Positions 1-14,315 of a stretch of 64,000 nucleotides of DNA are shown here, one piece after another (positions within the stretch are counted from its first letter, which is position 1; the number at the start of each line of letters is the position of its first letter). The notes below the pieces were generated by a model, which saw only the letters and a program-made list of their open reading frames with translations, ran no database searches and had not been told where the DNA came from. Where the stretch lies: assembly GCA_973895155.1 (NCBI GenBank), contig OZ316892.1:29394932-29458931 (forward strand), given 5' to 3'. Position numbers and translations under genes: made by a program. The stretch comes from Marsupella aquatica (taxonomy: Eukaryota; Plantae; Marchantiophyta).

Positions 1-559
1 TAACGTCATATGTGACTTTCGTAACAAGTGTAGCTTTTCGTCAAAGTGACACCATTTGCAAACATTGTGTGCAACTCAAGTAGTATATCCTCCATAAATA
101 AGTTGGTCTCTATTTTGGGTATCAAAAGCTGGGAGGTCTTTCTCAATTTGTGGTCCATACTTCTTTTTCTCCATTGACTGTAATTATTGTGCAAAGATAA
201 TTTTGTCAAACTCAGCAAAAGAATGCATACACTAACGTCACATGTGGCAATCTCAACAAGAGTAGCTTTTCAATTTTTGATCAAGTAGGGTTTTAGTTCT
301 TTTGCTTTTGTTGGGGGCTCCTCGATTTTATTGTGCTCTTTTGTCTTCCTGGGGTTTTTCTCTTGTCTTCTCCCCTTTATTGAGTCTCTGGCCTTTGGGA
401 CCATGTTTCCCGTTTGGCTTTCTTATTCTTTAGTACATTAGAAAAGCCGACATAGTAGTGACAACAATCATAAAGTTCATCTTTTTCATAGTCAAAAGTA
501 ACTTGGTGCGAGTCTTCAACTTTTGAGATTTTCCTCCTTCTACCAAACACCACCAATGT

Positions 560-1920
560 CAGTCCTCATCACACATGTGCATTTGAAATGTTGTGGAGAT
601 TCTATTGTCTGGAGTGGACTGGCAGTCTAGTCTTGCTCTGGTCTCAGTCTTTTTTTGTCTAGCGGCAAGAGTGAGCCAAATTCCAACTCCACTGAAAAGT
701 CTTCCCACTTTTGGTCAAAACTTTGCCAGGCTTTTTGACTTTGATTTTCCAGTTTCCCATCTAGTCAAGACCCCAGTGGCCCAGTACCCCCCCCCCCCCC
801 GCCCCGAATCTGACTGTCATCCTTAAATCTAGGGAGATCAAATTGTAAAATTAACCTAGGAAAACTAGATGAAGAATATTGTTAGCATCTTCCCTTCATA
901 CGCAAGGTGACATTGGTCACCGTGGCCAAATATAAAAACCCTGGTCTTCCCAGGCTTTCTGACTTCCAGAAGCCAGTTTCTGAGTTTCCCAAGTAGCCAC
1001 ATACCTCTTTATCCTTAAAGTTAGGGATAGCAGTCAGAAAGTTGTATAGGAAAATTAGATAAAGGCTTTTCTGAGCATCTTCTCTTTCACATAAGGTGAC
1101 ATTCGTCACAATTGTCACCATGGCTAAAACGGAAAAACCTGCTCTCACACATGTGCAGTTGCCATGTTGTGGAGATTCTACACTATCGTATAGTGTGGTC
1201 TGGTTGTGTCATCCAGCTTAATCTTTAAGGTTTTTCCTTATAAGCCAGAACAGCCAATGTGGTGTGGGGAAGGAGAAGATGTTACCAATCTTCTTTATCC
1301 AAAATTCTGAAATTATTTAATGACTATTAGATTTCCCTAGATTTAAGGAGGGTGTTTACAGTCTTGCTAATGGGGCCTGTGATTGGGGTGTGATTGGGTA
1401 AGAAACTGGCTAATGGGACAAAAAAAAAACTAGCCAATTTTTACCAAAAGTGGCCAAGACTTTTTTTTTGCCTTCGAATATCTTTTTGAATTCCATTCAC
1501 AAAGACACCATACAAACAGGTGACCCACAAGGGCAACACACAAGAGGGCCAGAGGTCGAAGTGCAAAGAAAGCCCGTGAGGCCTGCGCCAGGAAAGAAAC
1601 TAGGCCCGCAGAGGAAGGAGGCAGCCAAATAAGGAATTTAATTACTTGGCAAGAGAAGCACATGAGACTGGTGGAAAGAAACTAGGCCCCCAGAGGAAGG
1701 AGGTAGCCAAATAAGGAATTTAATTACTCGGCAAGAGAAGCACATGAGACTGGAGGCCAAGACTTTTTGCAGAGGGTGGAATCTCCTGAAAATTCACCAC
1801 TGAAAAGAACGCTGGTCTCAGCTGCACCATGGCTACAAAAGTACAAAGCAAAAACCTTGAAAATCACACTGCTCATCACACATGTGCAGCTGGAATGTTG
1901 TCGAAGCTCTACAGTATCGT
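560..1920. repeat. Decayed repeat/foldback-like element region
   Basis: A ~40 bp motif CTCATCACACATGTGCA..ATGTTGT.GA recurs at ~565, ~1141 and ~1871. Direct repeats lie at ~885 and ~1075. Inverted matches: 820-864 vs 1311-1350 (CCTTAAATCTAGGGA / TCCCTAGATTTAAGG) and ~700-725 vs ~1431-1458. Confidence 0.45.
1591..1754. repeat. Tandem duplication, ~82 bp x2
   Basis: GGAAAGAAACTAGGCCC...AAGAGAAGCACATGAGACTGG occurs twice, head to tail. Confidence 0.9.
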
Positions 1921-3150
1921 CTGGTGTCGTCTGGTAGTCTCGTCTGTTTTGGTCTGCCTGCCCTTTCCAATCCGTGTGGACCTAGCTCTCATGTGTGCAT
2001 GAGCAGCATTGAAAACGCACTCGCAGAATTGAATTGAATACAGTACCTTGAGAGAATGGCTTTGGAGGACTGCAAGTCTGTCACGTTTCCTGCAAACAAA
2101 CAAAATTGGACAGCAGTTTGCGTTGTATTGAATTGATTTTCTTGGATTCCCATTGCATTGAGTTACATTGAATTGATTCGTGGGTTCCATCATCCTTTCT
2201 GTTCATTCTGTTCCCAGATGTAAGAACACGAGAGTGTCGGCCACCTCCACCATCACTCTCAGGCAACTCTTCTATAACTTCTTTGAAAAGTGCTGGTCAA
2301 GCCCATATCACTTTGGTAAACGATTCAGGGCACGTGTTTGGCAAGCCCATACGAGTCCCATAAAACATTCTCGATGAATGTTCTTGCACAACTCATTTAT
2401 TGCTGTCGATTGGGTATCCTCATTTTATGGTATGTGATGTGTTTTATTTTGACAAAAATTAAAACATGAGGGTGTATGTCTTTGGATTTTTGAGTGCTCC
2501 TTAAACCACTCCAAAATTTCTCTCTCACATTGTTTTCTTCTACAGTGAAACTTTGCTCCACAATTTCAGGAAAAAGGTACTAAAAATGGCCAAACCTTGT
2601 GAAACCAGTTTTTTTGTCATGTGATTCTTTAGAATACACATCTACATAAGTGCAAAGTTTATTTGACATTAGTCATTCTAACAAGTGTACTCCAATACTC
2701 TTCATTGAGGCAAGTGAGGCTTTTGCACCAAATTGGATCCCATAGTGGGGTTCATCAAATACTTTTGCACACAAAGTACTTGACACTTAGAAAATTTGGT
2801 GATCATATTCTTATTACATAAATGAAAAATGAGCAAATATTAACTAAGGGTAGTACCCAAGATATTGTCATAAATGAGTTTCCCAGGATCCCTACACCTG
2901 ATAAAATAGGGAAGGGGTGGCCTATCATCACATATTAATCATCTGATCATACACCATATGATCATGGGTTTATCCAACCTGAATGATACAAGAGGGAAGG
3001 GTGGACACCATCATGACATATTAGTCTTTTCATGGGTCTTCAAGGGAGTGTAACATGGATAAATGTAAGTTAGGAATAAGGAAAATCATGACCCACTGAC
3101 ATTGGTCCTTCTCCCTTCCTACAGTTGTCCAGTCCTCACATCAAATGCCT

Positions 3151-3642
3151 TACAATGCAATGGAGAGGAGGGATAACAATTTCTGACTTTGTCAATCAAT
3201 ATCAATCAGGAATTTGGCATGAATGATTTCCTTCATCATGCGCTATAGAAGTACTTTACAGTACAATTGGAGGGGGATAACAATTTCTGACTTGTCAATG
3301 AATATCAATCAGAAATTTTGTGGGGGCCTCAATATGGATCATTTCCTTCATCATGCGCCACAGAAGTACTTTACAGGACAAGTGGAGAGAGATAACAATT
3401 TCTGACACTGTAAATCAATATCAATGTAGGCCCTCAATACGAATCATTTCCTTCGTCATGCGCCAAGAAGTACTTTACAAGGCAAGTGGAGAGGGATCAC
3501 AATTTCTGACTCTGTAAATCAATATCAACCAGAAATTTTGCAGGCAGTAAATATGAATCACTTGCTTCATAATGTGCATGTCAATCAGAAATTTTGCAGG
3601 TCCTCAATATGATCATTTCCTTCATCATGGGCCACAGAAGAA
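3151..3642. repeat. Minisatellite, ~100-125 bp unit, ~4 diverged copies
   Basis: Recurring GGATAACAATTTCTGAC...AATATCAAT...ATTTCCTTCATCATGCG...AGAAGTACTTTACA. Confidence 0.85.
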
Positions 3643-5390
3643 CTGTACCCATTGTCTTTGCTAACATGGCTAAGCATGGTTGATTATTAAGTAGTACACT
3701 ACAGACCACAGCACTAAAATGCAGTGAGTTGGAGAGATGATTATCAGACCGCTGAAGATTAATGGGCTCAAGTTTCTGCCAGACTGAGGGATTTATTACT
3801 GCCCTTCACCTCTTTACCTCATCAATGCTAAGTTTGGGATGAGTTCGTCTGATGATGAAATCAACCCCACAAGACCTGCCATGACATGTTGAGCAATATA
3901 AGCTCAAATACTTTCACTTCACCTGGGATCAGCTGTGTAGTAATGGTAACTGAGCTAGAAATTCTCAGGGGAGAAAAATCACTTTCACTTGCTTTTAGTC
4001 TTTCCAAAGTGGCCATTAAAATTTTACTGAGCAAAAAGCTTTCTCAGCTTATTTTTCCAGCATTCCGTTTGTATCTAGCCAAAGCATCTGTTTGCAACCA
4101 ATTTTGACAGATAACACCATTTCAGGGTGCATTTTGCCTCATATACACTTTTTTGGGCCATTGTGTGTGGGATTTTCTTTCCTCCACGTCTCAGCTTGAT
4201 ATATTGTCTAGCCCGTGGTTTTGGAGTGTCACATTTTTGCAGTGGGTGCCAATTTTTATTTGTTAAATTTCTTTTGGCTCAAACGTAATCACCACTACAT
4301 TAGTGATGGATAGAGTAGAATGAAGCATCCTCTAATGACTAGCAATGCAGGAGGAGTCTCCATATGGTGCTCACTAATGCAGTAACCTTTTACTCAAGGA
4401 TTAGAGTAATGCTTAGAACAAATCACATGAATTGTTTTCAAAAATAAAATAAATTAAATTGCATGGAATGTGGGGGTTGTGGGAAATCAAGCACAAACTG
4501 GGAGGAGTGAGCTAACAACTTGTCCTCTTTGGGTGGTGTGCTACGAGGCAAAAGGTGGAACAACCTTGTTTCCTACACGGCACCAGTTGAGAGAGGGATT
4601 TGTATTTCTTGTCCAACTGTATTTTCCTTGTTTTGCCCCACTTTCTTCCCGTGTTTAGGGGATGACCATCTTTGCACTTCCATCCCCTTTCACTATCTTG
4701 TACCATCCCATCTCAATTTGTTTTCTGGAACGCCCACCAGAAGAGGGGAGGCAAGGCCAAGAAGGCCAAAAAACCACACATCAAGTGGCCATGATGTCAC
4801 CATCCCATCTCATCCCCACTTTCTCAAATCATGTTCCTAATTCTCTCATTTCATGTTCCTTGTCTCCCACCCTTGTATTTTTCTGTCTCATGCTTGGGGG
4901 TTCTCTTCGCCTCCCACAGGACCCACACACACACTATTTATGTACTGTAGCTTGCTTTGCTCTTTGCCATTGTTTATTGCTGTTGTTTGCTCCTTCTCTA
5001 TTGTTGTGTTTGTGTTCCCCAAAACACTGTTTCTGATCACTTTTTCTGACACGAGAACTTGGCGGCTTATACTTCAAATTCTCGCCAAGTTTTACAATCG
5101 AAATCACACAATAGCTGAACTGCCTAATTGAAAAGGGTTCTGGAAAGTACAGTACCTGACTTCTGACCTTTTCAGGCTTGGAGGATCTGAAGTAGCGAGT
5201 GACAATCAGCTAACCGAATTCTTACTCGAGGACAGCATGGCCAGAGATAGAGAAGCTAATTAATAAAGCAGAGGTTGTCGAGTACTGTACGTACTTCAGT
5301 ACCACCACAACTATACTCCAGTTTGAAAACTCACCGTCTATTGAGAAACTCTTCCAGCCTTTTTTGCAGCTTGCCTTTATCATATCCTGT

Positions 5391-5710
5391 ACCCATGATG
5401 AGCAAGCGAGAATAGACTTTACCGTCGGTCATGATCTTGCAGGTGGCTTCTCTCATCGAGACAACTTATTTTATTGGGTGTCTTGGAAATCTGATTTCAG
5501 GCTGCAGAGCGTTATGTTCTTTGATGATGAGAATCATACCCCATGATGGGCAAGCGAGGATTGAATAGACGACTAGTTTCCTCTTTGGTGTGCCTCTTTT
5601 CCTGGGAAAATGATTGGGTCGGCCATGATCTTGCAGGTGGCTTTTCTCATCGAGACAAGCTTATTTTCTTGCGTACAGTACACCTAATTGCAGGCTGCTG
5701 AGCGTTATGC
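5391..5710. repeat. Imperfect direct repeat downstream of NMCP
   Basis: CCCATGATG.GCAAGCGAG...CATGATCTTGCAGGTGGCTT.TCTCATCGAGACAA...GAGCGTTATG at ~5391 and ~5539. A second short pair lies at 5981 and 6067. Confidence 0.75.
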
Positions 5711-6510
5711 GCTTTTATAAATCATCCGTCTTTGATCATACGTCCTTAAAAGGTGTGACGTAGTTCACTGATTCCCCCCTGCCAATTTTCAATGTGTATT
5801 TTCTTTGCTTTCTCGCCTGACAGATTTTGCATACCGCTTATCCAGGGATAGGGGCATTTACCAATATCCATCCATAGTCATGGCAGGTACATGCTCCAAT
5901 CCCGCTCGCCATCAAAGCGAAATTGTCATCAAAGCAAATTTCCTCATTGACCTAGAAGACGGACGGTGGTTTTAGGGTTTAAAAGCAGAAGTGGAAACAT
6001 TCCACATAAAGTGAAAGACACCCAGTTCATGTACCATGCTTCAATTGGGGTAGGTGCAACAGCGAGAAAAGCAGAAGTGGAAACATTCCACATAAAGTGA
6101 AAGACACACCCAGTTCACAGCTCATTGTTGCATAGAATTTCAAATGTACAACATCATATGCTTCAATAATTAAGAGGCTGGCCGATCGGGCCCAGACAAT
6201 CCACAGGAAGCCAACCCTCTGGCCTGATGCTCAACAGAGATAGAAAATTACTCCTTGGCTAACAATGTACAACAATTCAATGTGCAACCCTCAGTGTAAA
6301 AACTAATGTCCTTCTTGAAAAATACATTAAAACCACCCAGCCTACATCTCCAACCTATCCAAAGCCACCCACTCATCCACCTATATCCTCCCTCCCCACA
6401 ATTGCGGGCATGGACACCACCTACTCTAGTTCTACAAGGGTTCTTCAGGGGAGAACACAGTACCAAGAGCACACTTCCAATTGAATCTACTACAACAAGA
6501 ACGATCATAA

Positions 6511-9500
6511 CTATGTGATTAAAAAGTCCCAAAGCTTTTGCCCAATTGTCGCCTGTGGCGCATCGTCACCACTATGCGAACTTGATGATCCTTCATCGTC
6601 ATCACTGTTGTCATCATCATCGTCTCCAGTGACTTCACCATCAGCATCTTCCACCCCTGCCTCAGCTAAAGCTTCTTCATCACCATCTTCGGATGCCTCA
6701 GCTTCTTCGTCTTCATCACGTTCATCTCCCTCGCCCTCCTCTGCTTCCACATCCTCTTCATCTTCCTGATCGTTCTTCTCATCCTCACCCCCGTCTTCCA
6801 TGTCTGCATCCCCATCTCCGTCGTCATCATCTGCAGCATCAGGTTCTTCTTCCTCCCCTCCCAATCCAAACTCATATCCCTCGACAAGTTCTTGTACTTC
6901 TTTTGTGTCTGCCAAAGCTTCGGCTTCTATCTCGTCTAATTCCTCCTCATCGTCTTCCAATATTATTACATCCCCGTCTACCATTGTTTTCAGTTCAGGG
7001 TTGATTTCCCCAGAAGCTTCAGCCGTTTCAAGATCAACAATATAATCCGCTGCTGCTTTGCCATTTGTAACCTCTGTTTTGATCACCGTCTTCTCAACCA
7101 CAATTGTTGTTACGGTTGCCGCTGGCCTTGGTGCCACAGCCGCCTGCTCAACAGAAGTTACAACATGAACACACGGGCTCACACTTTAAAGTTGGTTATA
7201 TAGCACTCCTACAATTCGATTGACCAGAGAAAAAACAGGCGAAACGGCAGAACTGGGAAAGAGGTCGCGACCTGACGTAATCGTAGCATAAGTACATTTT
7301 TGGATTAAACCACAACCAAACAAGAGACAGAATTCCTTCTTAATTATCTCCCATGACTAAGCCATTCTAGAAAAACCTCTGTCCCAACTTTAAAACCTAC
7401 GAATTCCATGGGTGGGTTCTTCAAGTTTCATGTCCTCGTCCCTTGTTGAAAGCCCTAGTCCATCATATTCCCCTGGGTAATTGTATATTTGACAGATATG
7501 TTCTAAAATCGTTGCAAATAGACGTTCGTACAAGTAGATGGAGACATATCGCTAGACAAGTCGACGACAAGTACAAGCCCTGAGAGTCCAAGGATTTATA
7601 AAGCGGAAGTCCTATAAACGATTAGCAAGCAAGAAACTGCTCGGAGCAGAGGACCAAAGAGACAGTAATACGAGTACTTGGTAGTCGAAACTTACTGGGG
7701 CAGGTGAAGGTGAAGAAACCTCCGGGAGTTCTCCAGCTGACTCAGGAATTGAAGGTGGAGTAGTTTTTCTCTTTTGAGCCCTCTCGTGATGTAAGCCTGA
7801 GTGTTCCCTGTCCTCCCCTGATGCAGCTGAAGCTGCCTGTGTTGCCTTGGTGTTGATACTGCATCCACATTGACAATAAGCAGAACTTCACCAACAAGAG
7901 CATGAAAGGCAAAGACCGCACATGCAATCTCAGGCTGTTCAAAATCGCTTTGACAAGCAGATCTACTATAGGATCCAAATAGACAACCAAATCAGCGCCC
8001 TCCCTTGTTCAATGATTGGTAATGTAGTTCATCAATATCTATCTGTTTCAAGTTTTTGCAGCTAACAATGGCTTCACCAACAGCCGTATAGGAAATCGAA
8101 AAACAGGCCCTTGACAGGCTTCTGTCTGGTTCTGTGACACAATTATTCCGACAATTTGAAAACAACCGACCGTGGTTATTTGATGAGCAAAATATGTTGT
8201 GATTATAGTATGTAACTTACAGGGTGGACCGCCGAAGGTTGTAACGCCGTTCGGCACCGGGAGTATTAGGATTGGACTGAGGAGTATCCAGACCAGAGTC
8301 TGCATTTGGCCCACTAAGAACATCGATATCCTTGAAGCGCTTCTTTCTCCGCCCACTCAATGGTTCATCAGAGTCAGATCCATCATCTTCAGCGTGGTGC
8401 TTTCCGGTGGTGGTATCCTTACTAGTTGTCTGGCGTCGACGTTTTCTCCCACCTTTGCCCCCCCTTTGTTCCGAGGCCGCCTGGCCACTAGCCTCGTTCG
8501 TAGCTTCTTCCTTGCTTTTGCCACCCTGCTGTTGTGCAAGGACAGCTTCCTCATTGCCACCTCCAGCACCCTGCGATACAACTTCAAGCTCCCTATTATC
8601 CGCTTCAGTCTCATCTGATCCCGTATACTCTCTTCGCTGCTCTACAAAATTCCGTGCCTCTTCCACCACAGCTTGAACGGAGTTCGTCCGCTTCAGTTGC
8701 CTCAGACGCCTCTTTTTGGTCTTGGGCGTCTCGTCCAAACCCACGAACTCCGCCATCTGTGATTGATTAAAGCTTTTGGACGGCTGAATTGAGCGCTCTG
8801 GCCTTGGCACTCCACTTTCCTGTAATGTGCCCTGTCCATCAAGAGCTATATTATCATTGCCCCTAAATAACCTGGCCTTCAACCATCCTAACCCAGCACT
8901 GGGTGAGACTATCAACTTTCTGGTCGTGGATGTGCCCGCAGCTGTTTCACCCACTCCAGATACTGGGGTAGGCAACAACGTAGAGACTCGAGGAGGAGGA
9001 GACAGAACCTCAGGTTCCTGACCAGTATTGCGGCCTTTGAGTCCCGACTGTTGTTTCTCAGAGAAACGGAGGCTACTCTCACCTTCCATGCCATCATGTT
9101 TCAGTATTCTGAGTGTAGAGGCTTCCTGGCGAATTGCTTCCTTCTCTCTCAATATTTCCTCCCTCTCACTGTGCAATGCTTCTCTTTGCTCTTTTAGCTT
9201 CTCCCTCTGGACTTCTAGAGCCTCAATGTCCTTTCTAATCTCCAACCACTCACCCTCTGAAGTCTCGCGTTGTTTCAAAATGTCTTGGCGCTCCTTCTCA
9301 AGCTTTTGATTCTCCAAATTGATCTGTTGAAGGTCTCTCAGCAGTGCATCATTTGCCTCCTTCGCTTTATTTTTTTCTCTCTCCATTTTCTTCGTCAAAC
9401 GCTGCTCCCTCTCTTCAGCGAGTTTGTTCATCTGCTCCCTTTCCTTCTCAAGTGTAAGCTCAATTTCAGCCCTCTGGGAGTCTACAGCTCTTAAGAGTTC

Positions 9501-12500
9501 ATCTTTCTCTCTTTCCACACGGTCGAAGAGCTCCACGCGTTCCTTTTCCATCCTGTTGACAAATATCTCCCTCTCCTTCCTGAGATCCATTGAATTGACA
9601 AGGAATTCACCGTGAATTTCCTCCTTCTCCTGCCTCAACCTCTCCTCCTCAGACCGGAGCCACTCTGTCATCCGTTGGGATTCTTCGTTGTACTTCTCCC
9701 TCTCTCTCCTTAACTCCTCCCTCTTCTCATCAAGGAGCTCCCACTCCCGCTCAAACCTCTCTTTTTCACTCTTCATCTCTTCAACTTCACTTATCACACG
9801 TTTTTTGCGAGCCCTGAAGTCATCAATTTCTCCCTGTAGTCTCTTCTTGACCTCTAACAAATCCTGCCGCTCCTCCTCAATGACCTTCAACCTTTCCTTC
9901 TCTTCTTCAATCTGCTGCTTCTCATTTTCTATTTCTCGTTTCAACGCATCTCTCTCCTCCTTCAGCAGCTGTTTTCTTCCTTCGTCCCCTCTCCTGAGTA
10001 CTTCTCTCTCCTCTTCTAGCTTAAGTCTCATGGCTTCCACTTCTCCAAGGAGCTCTGCTCTCTCCTCTTCTAGCTTAAGTCTCATGGCTTGCACTTCTCC
10101 AAGGAGCTCTGCTCTCTCCTCCGTAGCCTTCTGCTTGATCTCTGCTTTCTCCTCTGCAATCCTTTGGAGCTCAAGCTCATGTCCTTTGCGCAGCCTCTCC
10201 TTCAAATCCTGAAGATCTTTTCTCTCTAGTTCAAGTTGGGCCCTCAAATCTTCCACTTTCCCTTTGCTAGCCCTCAAAATTCCCTCCTCCCTTTCAAGCC
10301 TTCTCCTCTCTGTCTCAAGTTTGCTTTTACTAGATTCAACAATCCGTTCCCTTTCCTCAATTCCTCGAAACAACTGATCCAAATTCAATTCCCTCTGACT
10401 CAGCTTCTCGGACCTCCGGTCAAGCTGAACATCTCGCTGGCCCAATTTATCTTCTCTGTGATTAAGTTCAGCCAACCTTTGGGCAGCTTCATGCTTACGA
10501 ACCTCAAAGACCTCCTTCTCTGTTTCGAGAAGCCCCCTGGCCTTGTCCAACTCATGCTTGGCCACTTCAATTTCCTCGCCTTGAGCGCTGAGCGCCTTCT
10601 TTTGTTCATCAATGGTCATTTGCAGCTTAACCTGAATACAAAGACCAGGACAAAGATACGAACGTTTATGCCTAGCCGTCACACTACTTATTATGGCTTT
10701 TGACAAAACCTTAGGTAGTTCATCGAGGCCAAAACGTTTCCCAAAAGTTGATCCTTTCAATTCGTCTTCCAACAAAGACTAGGATGGTAACGTCTACACA
10801 ACTGATCCCCAAGGCAACCTTCCACAAATAGAAGAATCCTCTACTCACCAGTTCATCTCTCTGCTCCACCAAAGATTCCTCCCTCAGCTTCAAGGTCCCT
10901 TCAAGAACCTCCAAACGGTCTCTTTCTTCCGCAACAGATGCTTCAGAAGTTTTTACTGCCTCCTCATGGTCCTCCAGAGCCTGCCAGGAACCAACCAGCG
11001 CATTAGCGTGAAAGCTCAATTTTCGCTCAACAACTTTCCTCACATGAAATTCAGTTAAAATGACAGAAACAGCTGATCATGGGCTAAAACCCACAAGAAT
11101 CGCACAATCATACCTTTTCTCTGCTCGCAATCTTCTCTTGAAAGACGAGCAATTCCTGTTCCTTCTTCCTCACACATATCTCCATAGCAACTGCAGTCTA
11201 TAGAGCAAGAAGAAGAGGACAATAGATCATCTTCAGTCCAAAAACAAAACTGACAGTTTAGACAGGTTATCCAACACTGCTGAAATTTAGCAACCTTTTC
11301 TACAGAAGTGTAAACTCTTCTCGTAAATTCCGACGAATTCTTACCTCCTCTCGTACCGTCACTTCTGACACCCGGGTATTCAAGCCGGCCCGGAGCTGAT
11401 CCAGCACTGCACGCTCGTTCTCACGAACTATTCTCGACTCTTCCAATTCTTGTTCAAGCGACCTTTTCGACTCCTCATAGGCCTTCTCGAGACGTCTCAG
11501 ACTTTCCTCCCGCTCATCTATGGCCCGTTCTCTGTTATTTAAAAGTCTTTCCCCTTCATGAATCCGATCACGTCCATCTTGCAATCTAGACTCCCAATCT
11601 TTCAAGCTCTGTTCTTCCTTGTCAAGCTCGTGCTTTCGAGCATCAATCCTGGCCACATATTAGACAACTACCTTATCAATGAAAAGGCATTACCGGACAT
11701 AAAATACGAAATCTTAGGCTAAAGCAAGTCTATCATTTCTTGGGCAGGACATCCCGACGAGTGTATATGATAGGCACACTTCACCATCATTAATAATGAC
11801 GAAAGCCTCACTTCCTAATATTATCAAAATGCTAGTTCAAAAATGTTCAGTAGAAGCTAACTAGCCGAAAGAAATAATTCTAGGACACATTGTTGGTCCT
11901 CACTATCTCTTGGAACCTTTCTAGATCTGTTTTTCGAGAACATATAAAGAAAGGACCCTCCGATTTGAACAGATGAGGAGATGATAGAAAACTTCTACTT
12001 ACTCGCCAGTCAGACCTTGTCGCTCTCTCCTAAGGGCATCTTCACGGGCCTCGACTTCTTCAATCTTCCTCACTGAATCGGCGTGTTTGCGACTTGCTTC
12101 AGCTTGGATAGCTTGAACTTCAAACAACCTTGCATCAGCCTTGCGCAGTTTCTCGTCGGTACTGGCTACCAGCTCTCGTGCATGCGACATCTGCTTGTCT
12201 GCTGACTCTTTCACTTCTGCGGCTTCAGTTCGCATCTCGTTCAAAGCCTTTTCCAGCTGGCATACCCACATTCTTTAATTAGATACAACAACAGAATCAC
12301 TTCTCCAACATACTCTTTAAGTATCTGGATGAGCTGGGCTGGAATTATTTCACTCACATGTACGTCTCTCACAGCTAAACTACTCCTATAGAGAAAACGT
12401 ACTCCATATAAGGTCTCTGGGGGAGTATTTGGATTTACAGAGTTCACCTAAGTTTCCAGGGCATCACTCTCTCCCTACTTAATTCTCACTAAGAAAGAAA

Positions 12501-14315
12501 GATGACAGTTGCTCCATTCGCATCTGAGTGAGATGAGTTCTAGCCCTGGACGTTCAAACACTCTCAGCTCTGACGTATCACCAGGACTTACGGTATAACT
12601 ATAAGGTACTTATCTGGAGACACCGATGAAATACAGTACATTTCATGTATGATTCTTTATCTCGTTTCTTTGCAGGTAGTACTTATTGTACCCGAAAGGA
12701 AAAAAGTTTCGGGTATGCTGTGACTCTAGGGCTTGATGAATAATGGAGACGCTTCAAAAAAGTTTCAGAATTGGATTCAAAATTTGCTTCATGGTTTCGA
12801 GAAAGAAGCGTAAAATTAGCCGATTGAGATTTACTAATATGATAAACAAGGCACACTACACACCATTCCTCCAGCTAATTCTACGACTATGACATCCATG
12901 ACTGGTAACCAAGACCACTCAACGAGAGAAACATCATACGGAGACAAAGTTGATACTTACATCAGCGACGCATTGCTTCTCGATCTCTAGTGACTTTTTC
13001 AGCACAGTTTCCCGCTTCCCTGCTTCTTCCAAGGCAATCAAATGCGCGGCTCGCTCTCTCTGGGTGTTCTCCTCCGCTTCCAGAACAGATGCCTTCAGCT
13101 CCTCACCTTGACTAGTCCAAGTTTTGCGCTCCAGCAGCAAAAGACCCATATTGTACTGGTAATCATACAACTGCCAAAATTCGAGTAAAAATGGTAAGCG
13201 CTTCCCTTCCAGAGGTCAGTCGACAACTCAGTGGCAACAGTCTAGTCACGAAGGGAAAAACGCTCCAACAAAAAAGCTCCAACAAGATGAGAAAGTAGGG
13301 GGTCATCTCAAAATTGGTGGAACCAAAGAAAATACGCTTTCATGATTTTTGTACAACATTTCAAACGTTTACAAGACGCGACCAGAAGGGAGCCCATCAT
13401 TGATAACTTTGAGATCATAGGATCTGTAGGTCAGTGTGCCTGACGCAGAGACGCCAGCAATAGCATATTTCTTGGACCAACGTAACAGAGCGAGAGAAAC
13501 AACCGCCACCGGGATCAATGCGTGGGGTGGTTTCCCAGGCAAGCATGCACGAAAAGCGACTTCGGCTATCCACCTACAACTCGTTACAAGAAGCCAAAAA
13601 TCTCCATGTTTGCAACGTCTCACGAGTGAGCGACTGTACCTCTGAGCTGACTGCATTCCGTCGGCACAACAGAATTGAAATGGAGGAGTGAGGAAAATGA
13701 GCACAAACAGAACAGCTACTGACGCGGATGACGTGCTCCAAGGAAAGGAAAACCTATGACCTTCCTGTGAAACAGGTAGGGAACGAAGGGCAGACATACA
13801 AAACGTGTACGTGGAAAGATATGACCCAACGTCTCTCTTTTCGTCCCTCATTTCATCTTCAAAACAAATTGAGTTGGAGAAAAAAAAGATGATCTCTCTA
13901 AGATGACCCCAGAGAGACGCTCAAGCGCTTCGGCAAGCAAGATTTGCACCTCAGCTTCCAGAGTAGAAACCCGAGCCTGGAGAGCCGCTCGATCTTTCTT
14001 CTCCAATGATTCCATGTCGAGAGACCCAACGTCCTTGAACCGCTGCCAAATCTCTGGCTCAGACTGGCCACCCTCCATTGCTCCTCTTCCGACATCCAAA
14101 GTCCCCAACGGTGGTGCTGTCAACTCGATCACACTCAGCTCAGTGACCGTGTTCTCAACCGTCGTCTTTGTCACCTCGACCCCACCGTTGTTGCTCGTAG
14201 CTGTTCTCCCATCGGGTGTGCTCCGATTCTTGCCCTTTCGATTGGACCCTTTCTCCCTTTCAGCCGACGACGGGAGAGCCCAGCTCTGCTGAGCTCTCTT
14301 CGTTGGCGTATACAT
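6511..14315 (-). CDS. NMCP1: Nuclear matrix constituent protein (NMCP/CRWN, plant lamin-like), 9 coding exons
   Basis: Exons 14315-13950, 13170-12961, 12256-12003, 11648-11345, 11197-11114, 10980-10849, 10631-8221, 7858-7696 and 7143-6511, all GT-AG with consistent phase. Family motifs: [47 protein letters not shown], an acidic tail and C-terminal [11 protein letters not shown]. Long coiled-coil rod. Confidence 0.95.

Noticed and set aside
3700-4300. Possible transposase remnant
   Set aside because: Coding-like composition on the minus strand, but I could not identify any diagnostic motif.
6515-10703. Ser-rich and His/Leu-rich plus-strand ORFs (e.g. 6515-6769, 6693-7004, 9688-10212)
   Set aside because: Antisense shadows of the Glu/Asp/Lys-rich NMCP exons.
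10632-10775. N-terminal extension of the 852-aa ORF
   Set aside because: Intronic read-through. A CAG acceptor at 10634-10632 joins in frame to the upstream exon.
13369-13851. 160-aa ORF
   Set aside because: Lies within NMCP intron 1 and has no recognisable motif.
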